Source: an uncultured delta proteobacterium
Lineage (GTDB): Bacteria; Myxococcota; UBA727; VGSZ01
Length of the DNA stretch: 64,000 nucleotides
Direction of reading: 5' to 3'
Assembly: GCA_963775425.1 (NCBI GenBank)
Contig: CAVZJB010000011.1
Location: 32,001-96,000 of the forward strand
Numbering within the stretch: position 1 is the first letter of the stretch; every line of letters starts with the position of its first letter. This document shows positions 10,232-19,926 of this stretch, one piece after another. The translations under genes were made by a program, and so were the position numbers. The notes under the pieces were generated by a model. That model worked only from the letters and a program-made list of their open reading frames with translations. It searched no databases and had not been told where the DNA came from.

Positions 10232-11437
10232 TCAGAGCTTGAGCTGCGCCTGGGTGCGGACGCGGACGTCGGGGACGTTGTCGACGAGCACGGTCCCCGC
10301 TTCGACGCCCCACTCCACCTGGCGGCCGAAGAGGAGCACCAGGGCGTTCACCAGCACCTCCTGCCCGGTGGTGCCGTCCTGCTGGAAGAGCCCCGCGTAG
10401 CGCACGCCGACGTGGACGCGATCCATCAACAGGACGCCGGCCTGCACGTGGCCCCCGAACGCCGCGAAGTCCTGCCCGGCCTTCGCGGGATCGGCCTGCG
10501 CCGCGGACGCGTAGAGCGCGCCGCTGACGTCGAAGTGCTCGGCCTTGGCGATGGCGTCGACGTCGATGTCGGTGGCGCCGGCGCCGTTGCCGGCGATGTC
10601 GACGGCCTCGACGGCGCTGACGCCGATGCCGAGGCGGAAGGGGCCGCCGTCGTCGTCGATCTCGTCGTAGCCCTTGACCTTGCCGAGGTTGAAGCCGACG
10701 CGGCCGGCGAAGGTCGGCGTGAAGAGCTTCTGGAAGTTGCTGACCTTCACGTTCTCCAGGTGATCGCCCTTGTCGGGGTCCGTGACGACGTCGCCGGTGA
10801 TCCTGGGCTTGTCGGTGGCGCCCGAGAACACGCCGGCGGCCCACTCGAACGGCGGTGACTTCTGGTAGCCGTCCTGCACGGCGACGCCGATGTCTCTGCC
10901 GCTGGCGAAAGCGGCGTCGGTGATGGCGCGGTCGAAGAACGCCAACTTCCACGCGGGGGTCATGAACTGGCGGCTGAAGGGGAGCTTCCACTGGCCGGCG
11001 CGCACGGTGACGAGGTCGTTGAACCTCTCCTGCAGGTATGCGTCGCGGATGAACACGTTGCCCTGGCCGAATTCGGTGTGGAGCTTGAAGCCGAGATCGC
11101 GGTCGAGGATGGAGCCCGACAGCGTGATCTGCGCGCGCTGCACGAGGAAGCTCGCCTTCCAGGTCTTCACGTCGGGGTCGGCAGCGACGAGGGCGAAGCG
11201 CGGCTGCACCAGCCCGCGGATCACGAGCTTGTCGTCGCCATCGGGCGATCGGATGAAGAAGCCGCGCTGGTAGCCCGCGAGCGCCGACGGGGGCGGTGCC
11301 GACGGGGGCGGCGCCGACGGGGGCGGCGCCGACGGGGGCGGCGCCGACGGGCGCGGCGCCGGCGCCGACGCAGGGGTGTCGGTCGGAGGGGGGTCGGACG
11401 AAAGCGCGAGTGTGGCGACGACAAAGAGGAACATCAT
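10232..11437 (-). CDS. OprO/OprP-like (phosphate/oxyanion-selective) porin
   Basis: Signal peptide, Pro-rich linker, GFFIRS.DG...L.IRGLVQPRF, DAY, AGQWKLPFSR, GRDIG motifs; ends in an amphipathic beta strand. Confidence 0.75.
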   Translation of the reverse strand: MMFLFVVATLALSSDPPPTDTPASAPAPRPSAPPPSAPPPSAPPPSAPPPSALAGYQRGFFIRSPDGDDKLVIRGLVQPRFALVAADPDVKTWKASFLVQRAQITLSGSILDRDLGFKLHTEFGQGNVFIRDAYLQERFNDLVTVRAGQWKLPFSRQFMTPAWKLAFFDRAITDAAFASGRDIGVAVQDGYQKSPPFEWAAGVFSGATDKPRITGDVVTDPDKGDHLENVKVSNFQKLFTPTFAGRVGFNLGKVKGYDEIDDDGGPFRLGIGVSAVEAVDIAGNGAGATDIDVDAIAKAEHFDVSGALYASAAQADPAKAGQDFAAFGGHVQAGVLLMDRVHVGVRYAGLFQQDGTTGQEVLVNALVLLFGRQVEWGVEAGTVLVDNVPDVRVRTQAQLKL

Positions 11438-11519
11438 GGTGACTCCGCACCTCGCTTATCGGGGCAGTCCACGACGACGTTCAACAAAACGGGCACCGGT
11501 CGCGGAAAAATCATGGCGT

Positions 11520-11535
11520 GGCCACGCGCGTGCCA
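11520..11535 (-). promoter_or_regulatory. Possible sigma54 -24/-12 promoter for the porin gene
   Basis: Minus strand TGGCACGCGCGTGGCC (GG-N10-GC) about 85 bp upstream of ATG. Confidence 0.35.
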
Positions 11536-11606
11536 CGACGGTGACACGAGGCCCCTTCGACGCGCGCGCTACGATTGGACCCGATCGATCGAGAGGAAGA
11601 GCAGGA

Positions 11607-12644
11607 ATGTCACGGAAAGGAACGAGGGCGCTGTCGTCGAGGATCGCCGTGTGTACCGTCGCCGTCGTCGCCGCGGCGGGGTGCCCGAAGTCCACCGCAC
11701 CGAGCGACAGGCCGACGGTCGACAAGGCCGCCCCCGACAAGCAACCCGTGAGCGTGCTCTACGCCGGGTCTCTCGTAAGCCTCATGGAGAAGGATCTCGG
11801 GCCGGCGTTCGAGAGGGCCACGGGGTACCCCTTCCGCGGCGAGGGCAGGGGATCCACCGCGCTCGCCAACATGATCAACGAGAAGCTGCGCACCCCCGAC
11901 GTCTTCATCAGCGCTTCGTCCAAGGTGAACGAAAGGCTGATGGGCACGGATAACGGGAACATGGTCTCGTGGTACGCCGTGGTGTTCGGGAACGAGATGG
12001 TCCTCGCCTACAGCGAAAAGAGCGCCTTCGCCCCCAGGTTGGCGCAGGTGAAGGCGGGGTCCACCCCGTTTTACGAGGTCCTCCAGTTGCCCGGTCTCAA
12101 GCTTGGCCGCACGGATCCGGCCCTCGACCCGAAGGGCTATCGCACCCTCCTGCTCTTCGACCTCGCGTCGGGCTTCTACCGGCAGCCCGGGCTGCGCCAG
12201 AAGCTCCTCGGCGCCGATGACAACCCCGCCCAGGTGTTCCCCGAGGAGCAGCTCGTCGCGCGCCTCGACACGGGACAGATCGACGCCGGGATCTTCTATC
12301 GGAACGAGGCCGCCGAGCGCGGGTTGCCGTACGCGACGCTCCCCAGGGAGATCAACCTCTCGGATCCCGCCATGAGCGATCGCTATGAGAAGGCGACGTG
12401 GACAGACGCCAAGGGAAAGACCCTCCGGGGGAGCGCCATCGTGTACACGGTGACGATCCCCTCGACCGCCAAGAACACCGCGGGCGCCGAGGCCTTCGTG
12501 CGCTTCATGCTCTCCGCCGACGGCAGGAAGCTCCTCGACAGCCACGGCCTGCCGCCGGTGGCGCCGGCGGTGAAGGGCGACCCCGCAGCCGTCCCGGCGT
12601 CGCTCAGGCCCGTGGTCGGCGTCAGCGCAGCGGTGTCGCCGTGA
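11607..12644 (+). CDS. wtpA: Tungstate/molybdate ABC transporter substrate-binding lipoprotein (WtpA-type)
   Basis: Lipobox AAGC; YAGSL, GS..LA, DVFISA, TDP..DPKGYR, PEE.L, D..IFY motifs. Confidence 0.8.
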   Translation: MSRKGTRALSSRIAVCTVAVVAAAGCPKSTAPSDRPTVDKAAPDKQPVSVLYAGSLVSLMEKDLGPAFERATGYPFRGEGRGSTALANMINEKLRTPDVFISASSKVNERLMGTDNGNMVSWYAVVFGNEMVLAYSEKSAFAPRLAQVKAGSTPFYEVLQLPGLKLGRTDPALDPKGYRTLLLFDLASGFYRQPGLRQKLLGADDNPAQVFPEEQLVARLDTGQIDAGIFYRNEAAERGLPYATLPREINLSDPAMSDRYEKATWTDAKGKTLRGSAIVYTVTIPSTAKNTAGAEAFVRFMLSADGRKLLDSHGLPPVAPAVKGDPAAVPASLRPVVGVSAAVSP

Positions 12645-14599
12645 GCCCTCAGAGAGCCCCTCGCATCTTCCTCCTCCTCGGCGGGCTGCTGCTCGTCGTC
12701 GTGTCCTTGCCGCTGGTGGCCTTCGTGCCGCGGCTGTCCTCCGGTGGCATGGCCGCGGTCGCCGACCCCGACGTCGTCGGGGCGCTCCTCGTCTCCGTCG
12801 AGACCTCCACCATCGCCGTCGCGCTGCTGGTGCTCTTCGGGGTGCCCCTCGCCTACCTCCTCGCGCGGCGCTCGTCCCCGTGGACCGGCCTCGTCAACGT
12901 CGTCGTACAGCTCCCGCTCGCGGTGCCGCCGGTGGTGTCGGGCATCCTGTTGTTGATCGCCTTCGGCCCCTACACCGCCATCGGCAGCTTCCTCGCCGGC
13001 CACGGGGCGTCGCTCACCGAGGCGCGGCCGGCCATCGTGCTCGCCCAGGTGTTCGTCGCCTGTCCGTTCCTCGTCGTCGCCGCGCGCTCGGCGTTCGCGT
13101 CCGTCGACCCCACCCTCGAGCAGGTCGCGTCCACGCTCGGCAAGTCGCCGGCGCAGATCTTCCTGCACGTCGCGCTGCCGCTGGCGTGGCCGGGCATCCG
13201 CGCCGCCGTGGCGCTCGCGTGGGTGCGCGCCCTCGGCGAGTTCGGCGCCACCGCCGTCGTCGCCTACCACCCCCACACGCTGTCGGTGCTCACCTGGGTG
13301 CGCTTCTCAGGTTCCGGGCTCGACGCCACCTTGCCCGTCGTGTGCGTTCAGCTCGCCGTCGGCGCCGGCGGCCTGGCGCTCTCGCTCGTGGCTTCCCGGC
13401 GCTTCCGCCGCGCGCGCCGCGCCGTCGACGAGCTCCGCCCCGCGAGCGGCCGTGTTCGCTTGTCGTTCGACGGCGGCCGCGACGCCGCGGTGTCCAAGAA
13501 GAACCGCCGCCCGGGCCCCTCGCTCGAGGTGGAGGTGGCGGCGCGCGCCGGCTCGTTCGATCTCGACGTGTGCTTCGCTGCGCAGAGCCGCCGCCTGGCC
13601 ATCCTCGGCCCGTCGGGCTCGGGGAAGAGCCTGCTCCTGAAGTCGCTCGCCGGCCTGTCGCGCCCCGCGCGCGGGCGCATCCGCGTCTCCGGCCGCCCGC
13701 TCTTCGACGCCGACGAGCACATCTTCATCGACGCGCGGGAGCGGCGCGTGGGCTGGGTGCCGCAGGGCTTCGGGCTCTTCCCGCACATGACCGTCGCGGA
13801 GAACGTGCTGTTCCCCGTCGGCAACGACCCCGCGGACGAGCGGCGCGCGCGCGATCTGCTCGACGCGTTCGGCCTCGGCCGCCACGCCGACCGCTTCGCG
13901 GAGAACCTCTCGTTCGGAGAGCAACAGCGCGCGGCGCTCGCCCGCGCGCTCATGCTCGAGCCCGATCTGCTGTTGCTCGACGAGCCGTTCGCGTCCATCG
14001 ACGCGCCCATGCGCCTGAAGCTTCGCCGCGAGCTCGCGCGCCTGCTGCGCACCATGGACCTGCCCATCGTGCTCGTCACGCACGACCCGCACGAGGCCTA
14101 CGAGCTCGCCGAGGAGATCGTCGTCGTCGCCGGCGGCCGCGTCCTGCAGCACGGGCGGCGGGAAGAGGTCTTGAAGAGGCCCGCGTCGGCGCAGGTGGCG
14201 GAGCTCGTCGGCATGCGCAACGTGTTCAGCGGGACCGTGCTGTCGTCGGACGCGGAGGGCACCCTCGTCGACTACCAGGGCCGCGCGCTGGCGGGGCCGC
14301 CGTCGGGCCTCGAGGTGGGCGCGGCCGTGTCGTTCTCCGTGATGCCGCACGAGATCCGCGTGGTGCCGGCGGCCGAGCAGCCGCCCGCGGGCAACGGCGT
14401 CGTCCTCGACGCCACGCTCGAGGCGGTGTGGCCGCGCGGCGCGCGGGTGCACCTCGTGGCCTCCGTGGAGGGCGCGGCGCGCCGCGACTTCTGGGAGGTC
14501 GAGGAGCGCGAGGACCGCGGCGTGCGCGGGCTCGTCGAGGGCGACCGCGTCGCCCTCGTGATCCCGCAGAGCGCCCTGCGCATCCTGCCCTGCGCCTGA
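12641..14599 (+). CDS. Fused molybdate/tungstate ABC permease plus ATPase (ModB/WtpB-ModC/WtpC) with TOBE-like tail
   Basis: GTGA overlap; LPLAVPPVVSG and RALGEFGAT permease motifs; GPSGSGKS, LSFGEQQR, LLLDEP. Confidence 0.9.
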   Translation: MSPQRAPRIFLLLGGLLLVVVSLPLVAFVPRLSSGGMAAVADPDVVGALLVSVETSTIAVALLVLFGVPLAYLLARRSSPWTGLVNVVVQLPLAVPPVVSGILLLIAFGPYTAIGSFLAGHGASLTEARPAIVLAQVFVACPFLVVAARSAFASVDPTLEQVASTLGKSPAQIFLHVALPLAWPGIRAAVALAWVRALGEFGATAVVAYHPHTLSVLTWVRFSGSGLDATLPVVCVQLAVGAGGLALSLVASRRFRRARRAVDELRPASGRVRLSFDGGRDAAVSKKNRRPGPSLEVEVAARAGSFDLDVCFAAQSRRLAILGPSGSGKSLLLKSLAGLSRPARGRIRVSGRPLFDADEHIFIDARERRVGWVPQGFGLFPHMTVAENVLFPVGNDPADERRARDLLDAFGLGRHADRFAENLSFGEQQRAALARALMLEPDLLLLDEPFASIDAPMRLKLRRELARLLRTMDLPIVLVTHDPHEAYELAEEIVVVAGGRVLQHGRREEVLKRPASAQVAELVGMRNVFSGTVLSSDAEGTLVDYQGRALAGPPSGLEVGAAVSFSVMPHEIRVVPAAEQPPAGNGVVLDATLEAVWPRGARVHLVASVEGAARRDFWEVEEREDRGVRGLVEGDRVALVIPQSALRILPCA

Positions 14600-14666
14600 C
14601 GAGGCGGGGGACATGCCCCCGCCGTACGGCCCGGACGAGGCGGGGGACGAGCCCCCGCCCTACGGC
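14598..14666. repeat. Two 33-bp direct repeats each forming a GC hairpin (REP-like or terminator) between convergent genes
   Basis: gacgaggcgggggacatgcccccgccgtacggc (14598-14630) and gacgaggcgggggacgagcccccgccctacggc (14634-14666). Confidence 0.8.
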
Positions 14667-15016
14667 GCGGCGCGCCGGCCTTCGTCGGTGCGGCGCATGG
14701 CCTCGAGGAGCAGGCCGGCGGTGGAGCAGGCGACGGTGCGCGCCGGCGTCACGGCGAAGGACACGCAGAAGCGACCGGCGCGCAACGCGCACATCGAAAA
14801 GAACGCGTCGCTGCCGCTGAGCGCCCCGAAGCGCGCGTGCACGACGGCGCCGCGCTCGACGAAGAGCACGCCCGCCGCGCCGTCGCTCGTCGCGAGGTCC
14901 ACGCGTGCGGTGCGCCGCGACATCTCCAGCGCCTGCACCAGCTCCACCACGCCCATCCACGAGAGGTTCCCGCTCACCCCCGGCTCTTCCCCCACCTCGA
15001 CGCCCCTTGTGTCCAT
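14660..15016 (-). CDS. Stand-alone DUF4388 (PatA_N-like) domain protein
   Basis: SGNLSWMGVVELVQALEMSRRTARV...G.VVHA.FG.LSG.DAF...GRF; resembles the C-terminal domain of 27555..30821. Confidence 0.8.
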   Translation of the reverse strand: MDTRGVEVGEEPGVSGNLSWMGVVELVQALEMSRRTARVDLATSDGAAGVLFVERGAVVHARFGALSGSDAFFSMCALRAGRFCVSFAVTPARTVACSTAGLLLEAMRRTDEGRRAAP

Positions 15017-15051
15017 GCTCGCCCCCTGCGCCCAGCGCGCGCGCCGAGCGT

Positions 15052-15067
15052 TGCGAGCGGCGTGCCG
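15052..15067 (-). promoter_or_regulatory. Possible sigma54 promoter for the DUF4388 gene
   Basis: Minus strand CGGCACGCCGCTCGCA about 35 bp upstream of ATG. Confidence 0.4.
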
Positions 15068-15160
15068 CCACAGCGGGGCGGCGCGGCGGCGCGGGGCGCC
15101 GCAGCGCTTGCAGCCCAGCGCCACCGTCGTCGTCGCGCGCTGCAAAAAGCGCCTCGGCGA

Positions 15161-16213
15161 TCAACGACCGGAGGGAGCGGCCGCGCTGATCACGCGCGGA
15201 TGGGCGTCGAAGAACTTCCAGATCTCGTCGTCCGCGACGTAGTCCTGCGCGACCACGCCGACGACGCCCTTGGCCTCGTACTGCCACCCACCCGGCCACG
15301 TGTGGCCCGCGCCCTCGGTCTTGAGGAGCACGACGTCGCCGCCGTCGAGGCAGCCGCCGTGGGTCTCGCGCGTGGTGGTCGTGCCGTCGTCGACGGCGTC
15401 GTCGAGCGGCTCGGTGACGACGTCACCGAGGCAACCGTTCCGGTCGGCCCAGCCGTTCACGGTCTCCTCGACGCCGATCTTGATGCCCCCGTCATCCTGC
15501 AAGCACGCCCCGTCGCCCTGCTCGAAGTTCCAGCACGGGTCGGCGGTGCCGTGGATCTCGAGGATCGGCACCGGCCGCGTGTTGTTGCACCCCTGCACGA
15601 GGGCCACCTGCGTGCCCGCCGCCACAGGCGCCACCGCGGCGAAGCGCGTGGAGCGCTCGCACGCGAGCCGCTCGGCCATGGCGCCCCCGTTGCTGATGCC
15701 CGTGGCGTACACGCGGTCCTCGTCGACGACGACGGCGCGTTCGATCTCGTCGAACACGGCGTCGAGGTACCTCATGTCGTCGACGGCGTCCTTGCACGCG
15801 GCGCCGGAGACGCACTGGAAACCGCCGCTGCCGCCGCCCGCGTTCCAGGTGCGCACGTCCTCGAACGGGTCGCCGGGGACGCCGTTGGGCGCCACCACCG
15901 CGAAGCCCTCGCGGTCGGCGACGGCGGTGATGCAGCTCGGGTCGTTTTCGTCGCCGTCCTTGCAGGTGACCCTGAGGGCGCTCTCGTTGTGGGCGCCGCC
16001 GCCGTGCAGCGCGATCACCACGGGGATGGCCGTCTCGCCGTCGTAGCCGGGCGGCAGGTGCAGGAGGTAGCTCCGCTTGTCGAAGTGGGGGACGAGGAAT
16101 TCCCCGTCGATCTTGCCCGTGAGCGCGTCCGGACCGCCTTTGTCCGGCGCACGGTCTACGGCGCAGCCGAGCGACATCAGGAGCGACGCGGCGAGGGCGC
16201 AGAGGGGGCGCAT
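15161..16213 (-). CDS. LpqC/PHB-depolymerase family esterase lipoprotein
   Basis: Lipobox SLGC; RSYLLHLP, ALHGGG, ATGISNGG nucleophile elbow, IHGTADP, GHTWPGG. Confidence 0.85.
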   Translation of the reverse strand: MRPLCALAASLLMSLGCAVDRAPDKGGPDALTGKIDGEFLVPHFDKRSYLLHLPPGYDGETAIPVVIALHGGGAHNESALRVTCKDGDENDPSCITAVADREGFAVVAPNGVPGDPFEDVRTWNAGGGSGGFQCVSGAACKDAVDDMRYLDAVFDEIERAVVVDEDRVYATGISNGGAMAERLACERSTRFAAVAPVAAGTQVALVQGCNNTRPVPILEIHGTADPCWNFEQGDGACLQDDGGIKIGVEETVNGWADRNGCLGDVVTEPLDDAVDDGTTTTRETHGGCLDGGDVVLLKTEGAGHTWPGGWQYEAKGVVGVVAQDYVADDEIWKFFDAHPRVISAAAPSGR

Positions 16214-16291
16214 CGGTGAACATTGACCCGGCCGGGCGCGCGGGTGGAAATGCCGATCCGCCGGGTGACACAATGGCCCACGGAGGTCCTC

Positions 16292-16963
16292 ATGCTCGGC
16301 CGTCTGATCATCGCCGCCCTCGTGATCTGCTCGGCCGCGTTCGTCGTCTGGCAGCGCCAGAAGTCGGAGACCGTCACCGTCAGCGCCTCGGTCGACGCCC
16401 ACAAGGCGGAGGCCGCCGAGGCCCGCGCCGCCGCCGCCGAGAAGCGCGCCGCCGACGCCGAGGCCGCCGCCGCCGAGGCAGCGGTGAAGGCCGAGGTGCT
16501 CCAGGAGCAGCTCGATGATACGCGCGCGAAGCTCGACGACGCCGTCGACGCCCAGCTTTCGCCGCACATCGCCGAGGCGCGCTACCTCGGCATCGGCCGC
16601 GACGTCGTCGGTCCGGTCACGAGCCTCGCCGACGGGAGGGGCGACGCGCACATCGCCCTCACCCTGGCGGGTCCGCCGGGGAAGATCCGGCGCGTCCGCG
16701 CGTTCACGAGCGATCGGGACGGCCGCCCCATGTGGTCCGAGGCGTGGGACACGCAGACCGGCCCGCATCCGCTCGCGCTGCTCGAGGGGCACAAGCGGCT
16801 CGACCTGCGGCGGACCGGCGGCCTCTTCACGAGCGGCGGCGTCACCCACCTCGACCTCGGCTGCAGCGACACCGGCTGGTTCACCCGCGGCGGCACCGTC
16901 ACCATCGAGCTCACGCGCGGCGACGGGCACACCATGCGGGCCACCGTCCCCATCGACCGCTGA
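16292..16963 (+). CDS. Hypothetical membrane-anchored protein with coiled coil
   Basis: RBS ggagg before ATG 16292, N-terminal TM helix, Ala/Glu coiled coil, beta-rich C-terminus. Confidence 0.6.
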   Translation: MLGRLIIAALVICSAAFVVWQRQKSETVTVSASVDAHKAEAAEARAAAAEKRAADAEAAAAEAAVKAEVLQEQLDDTRAKLDDAVDAQLSPHIAEARYLGIGRDVVGPVTSLADGRGDAHIALTLAGPPGKIRRVRAFTSDRDGRPMWSEAWDTQTGPHPLALLEGHKRLDLRRTGGLFTSGGVTHLDLGCSDTGWFTRGGTVTIELTRGDGHTMRATVPIDR

Positions 16964-16969
16964 GCGCCG

Positions 16970-18514
16970 TCAGCGCTTGCCGAGATCCGAGAGCGCACGC
17001 CTGGCGGCGTTGTGGCCGCCGCAGCCGATGACGCTCCCGGCGGGGTGGGTGCCCGCGCTGCAGGAGTACAGGCCGTCGACGGGGAGCGCGTAGGGCATGC
17101 GCTCGTCGAAGGCGAAGCCGTTGTCGACGTGGTGGATGTGGCCGCGCGTGATGCCGAAGTGCTCCTCGATGGCCGCGGGGTGAAGCGGCATCATGTCGAT
17201 GACGAGGTCGCTGGTTCCGGGAGCGAAGCGATCGCAGAGCGACAGCAGGTGCCGCGCGTACCTCTCCGCCTCCACGTCCCACGTGCTCTCGGCCAGGGCG
17301 TAGGGCACCCACTGCACGAAGAGCGCGCTGTTGTGGTTGCCCTCGGCGTCTTTCATCGACGGATCGATGGTGGTGTGGATGTACCACTCGATGGTCGGGA
17401 ACTGCGGCAGCCGGCCGTTCTTGACGTCGTCGAAGCCATCCTTGAGCGACGCGAGCACGCGATCTTCGTCGGGGAGCAGGTGGATGGTCGGGCCGTACTG
17501 GCCGCGGTCCTCCGGCAGGCAGGTGAACTTCGGGAGCCCCTTGAGCGCCAGGTTGACCTTGAAGGTGCTGCCGTCGCGGCGGAACCGCTCGAGCTTCTGC
17601 AGGAAGCTCCACGGCAGGTTCTGCGCGCCCGCGAGCTTCACGGTGCGGAACGGGTCCGCGTTCACCAACACGGCGCGCGCGCGGATCTCGTCGTCGCCGA
17701 CGACCACGCCGCGGGCGACGCCGCCTTCGACGACGACGCGGTCCACCTTCATGTCGCACTCGATGGTGACGCCCAACGCGCGCGCTCTCTCGGCGAAGAG
17801 CTGCGGGATGGTGCCCATGCCGCCCTCGACGATCATGAAGGTGCCGTCGCTCCCCGGCAGCCGACACATGTTGTGGACGAGGAAGTTGTGGCCGGTGCCG
17901 GGCGTGTCGTAGCTGCCGTACAGGCCGGAGAAGCCGTCGGTGACGGCGTACATGGCCTTCACGAGGTCGCTCTTGAAGTCGAAGCGCTCGATGTACGCGC
18001 CGACGCTGCCGCGCACGAGATCCACGAACGTGCGCCGCAACGAAGGCCGCACGTAGCGCTCCGCGGTGGCCTCGACGGAGAGCGGCTCCTCCATCCAGGT
18101 CTTGGCGATGTCGTCGCGCATCGCGTGGACCTCGGCGAGCATGGCCTCGTTGGCCCGCCAGTCCGCCTCGGAGAAGAACGAGAGGAACTGCTCCTTCATC
18201 GACGCCTTGTCGGAGCCGAACAGCAGGTAGCGCGTGTCGCGCGTGGGGAGGAAGTAGTGCGGGTCGCGGCGGCGGATGGGGATGTCGACGCCGGTGGCCT
18301 GCATGATCTCCGGCGGCATCACGCCGAGGAGGTACGCGCCGGTGCTGGTGGCGAGGTGGGGCGCGTTCTTGAACGGCTTCTCGGTCTTGGTGGCGCCGCC
18401 GATGGTGCTCTTCTCCTCGAGCACGAGCACCTTCAAGCCCGCCTGCGCGAGCATGATGGAACAGACGAGGCCGTTGTGGCCTGCGCCGACGATGACGGCG
18501 TCGAACGAACGCAT
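16970..18514 (-). CDS. Phytoene-dehydrogenase-like FAD oxidoreductase (COG1233/PYROXD2-like)
   Basis: VIVGAGHNGL Rossmann motif, GGMG, GHIHH, GLY.CSAGTHPAG.V.G.GGHNAA. Confidence 0.9.
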   Translation of the reverse strand: MRSFDAVIVGAGHNGLVCSIMLAQAGLKVLVLEEKSTIGGATKTEKPFKNAPHLATSTGAYLLGVMPPEIMQATGVDIPIRRRDPHYFLPTRDTRYLLFGSDKASMKEQFLSFFSEADWRANEAMLAEVHAMRDDIAKTWMEEPLSVEATAERYVRPSLRRTFVDLVRGSVGAYIERFDFKSDLVKAMYAVTDGFSGLYGSYDTPGTGHNFLVHNMCRLPGSDGTFMIVEGGMGTIPQLFAERARALGVTIECDMKVDRVVVEGGVARGVVVGDDEIRARAVLVNADPFRTVKLAGAQNLPWSFLQKLERFRRDGSTFKVNLALKGLPKFTCLPEDRGQYGPTIHLLPDEDRVLASLKDGFDDVKNGRLPQFPTIEWYIHTTIDPSMKDAEGNHNSALFVQWVPYALAESTWDVEAERYARHLLSLCDRFAPGTSDLVIDMMPLHPAAIEEHFGITRGHIHHVDNGFAFDERMPYALPVDGLYSCSAGTHPAGSVIGCGGHNAARRALSDLGKR

Positions 18515-19075
18515 TCAGGTCTCCTCGGTCTTCGGGGCGAACACTTTCTCGATCGCCTTCTCGAGGCGGCGCGCCTGCGCGTCGGCGTCGAAGGGGTCGG
18601 CGATGAGGAGCTCCGTGCCGTCTTGCAGCTTGGCGTAGAGGCTGAAGCTCTTGGTGACGAGGAGCTTGCCGCCGCGCGTGGAGCTCCTGTTCTCGAAGCT
18701 CTTCACGTGGAAGCTGAGCACGTCCTTGGTGGTGAGCTCGCGGCTGCCCGCGCGCCCGATGGGACCCACCCGCACGGACAAGGATCCGGGCGTGACGACG
18801 ACGTGGGTGCTGTTGAGCCCGCGCTTGAGCGCGCCGACGACGAGCCAGCCCCACAGCGGCGACGCGACCGCGAGGCCGACGCCGGCGCCGAGGAGGTCGA
18901 AGATCTTGCCGCCGATGCCGCCGGCGAAGAGGACGACGATGATGCCGAGGAACGTGAGGGCGAAGATGTCGCCGGGGTCGCGGTGCTTGTTCACGAGGAC
19001 GACGCGCTCATCGGAGGCCTCGAGCGTGAAGCCCTCCGGGAGTTGCACGTCAGCGACGGGATCCGGAGCCGTCAC
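18515..19075 (-). CDS. Hypothetical two-TM membrane protein
   Basis: GTG start at 19075 overlapping upstream stop; two hydrophobic helices; GC3-biased codons. Confidence 0.65.
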   Translation of the reverse strand: MTAPDPVADVQLPEGFTLEASDERVVLVNKHRDPGDIFALTFLGIIVVLFAGGIGGKIFDLLGAGVGLAVASPLWGWLVVGALKRGLNSTHVVVTPGSLSVRVGPIGRAGSRELTTKDVLSFHVKSFENRSSTRGGKLLVTKSFSLYAKLQDGTELLIADPFDADAQARRLEKAIEKVFAPKTEET

Positions 19076-19926
19076 AGGTTCACCTCGTAGGGAATGCGAA
19101 TGTGGAGTTGCAGGAACGGTCCGCCGAGGTGCCACAGTGAGTCCTCGACGGGCGTGATCTCCCAGGGCGGTCTCCCGAACGGTTGCGGGATGAAGAGGTC
19201 GCTGGACCACCCTGCGGAGATCACGAAGCTCCTGGTGACGGGCACCTCGAGGATGAGGGCCGCGTTGATGCCCGGGCGCAGAAAGTGCGTGATGCTGTTT
19301 TGCGAGAGGGAGCCGCCGCCGAGCGACGCGCTGTGGATGAAGATGTACGCGACGTCGACGGCGCCGTTCAGGGAGATGTTGGCCGCGCGCGTGTCGAGGA
19401 GCGTGACGCCGAGGCCGAGGGGGCGCCACACGGCGCCGTACATGCCGGTCCTGGCGCCGAGGTCGAGGACCTGCGGCGAGATGATGAGCCGCTCGGGGAC
19501 GAGCGCGACGAACCAGGGCCGGTAGCGCACCTCGGACAGGCCGCGGGCGGCGCCGCGCAGGCCCGCCGGGATCTGATCCCGGTGCGCGTTGATGAGCGCC
19601 TTGTCGATGACGGCGGCGAGCGACAGCTCGAGGCCGGTGAAGACGGCCTGGTCCTGCAGCGCCGGCGGGTTCGGGAACATGACGACGGGCCCGACGCCGA
19701 CGTCGATGGGGACGGTGACGGGCCCCGCCGGTCTCCGCCGCGCGGGCGCCCGCCGCCCTCGTCGCGGCCGCGGCCGCCCGCGCAGCGCCGCGGTCCTCGC
19801 CGCCGCCGCCGGGGGGGACGCGGCGGCGACGACCGGGGCCGCCGCCGCGTCGTCCGACTGTGCCCCGCCCTCGTGCGGCGCGAGCGGCGCCGCCGACAGG
19901 GCCAGGGCGACGAGCGGGAGGATCAC
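19072..19926 (-). CDS. Hypothetical secreted/outer-membrane beta protein
   Basis: Signal peptide, amphipathic beta strands, abuts the peroxiredoxin stop. Confidence 0.6.
   Translation of the reverse strand: MILPLVALALSAAPLAPHEGGAQSDDAAAAPVVAAASPPAAAARTAALRGRPRPRRGRRAPARRRPAGPVTVPIDVGVGPVVMFPNPPALQDQAVFTGLELSLAAVIDKALINAHRDQIPAGLRGAARGLSEVRYRPWFVALVPERLIISPQVLDLGARTGMYGAVWRPLGLGVTLLDTRAANISLNGAVDVAYIFIHSASLGGGSLSQNSITHFLRPGINAALILEVPVTRSFVISAGWSSDLFIPQPFGRPPWEITPVEDSLWHLGGPFLQLHIRIPYEVNL

Noticed and set aside
11286-11350. 15-bp tandem repeat in the porin gene
   Set aside because: Ordinary (PSAPP)n linker after the signal peptide
11438-11606. Moco/Wco riboswitch or ModE box upstream of wtpA
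   Set aside because: No recognisable conserved motif or AT-rich ModE palindrome by eye; an Rfam scan would be needed
16970-18514. Carotenoid biosynthesis (crtI) assignment
   Set aside because: No neighbouring crt genes; motifs fit the broader COG1233 family
19720-19830. Possible compensating frameshifts in the Arg-rich N-terminal region of 19072..19926
   Set aside because: Low-complexity linker; the frame is open end to end and cannot be judged without homologs or reads
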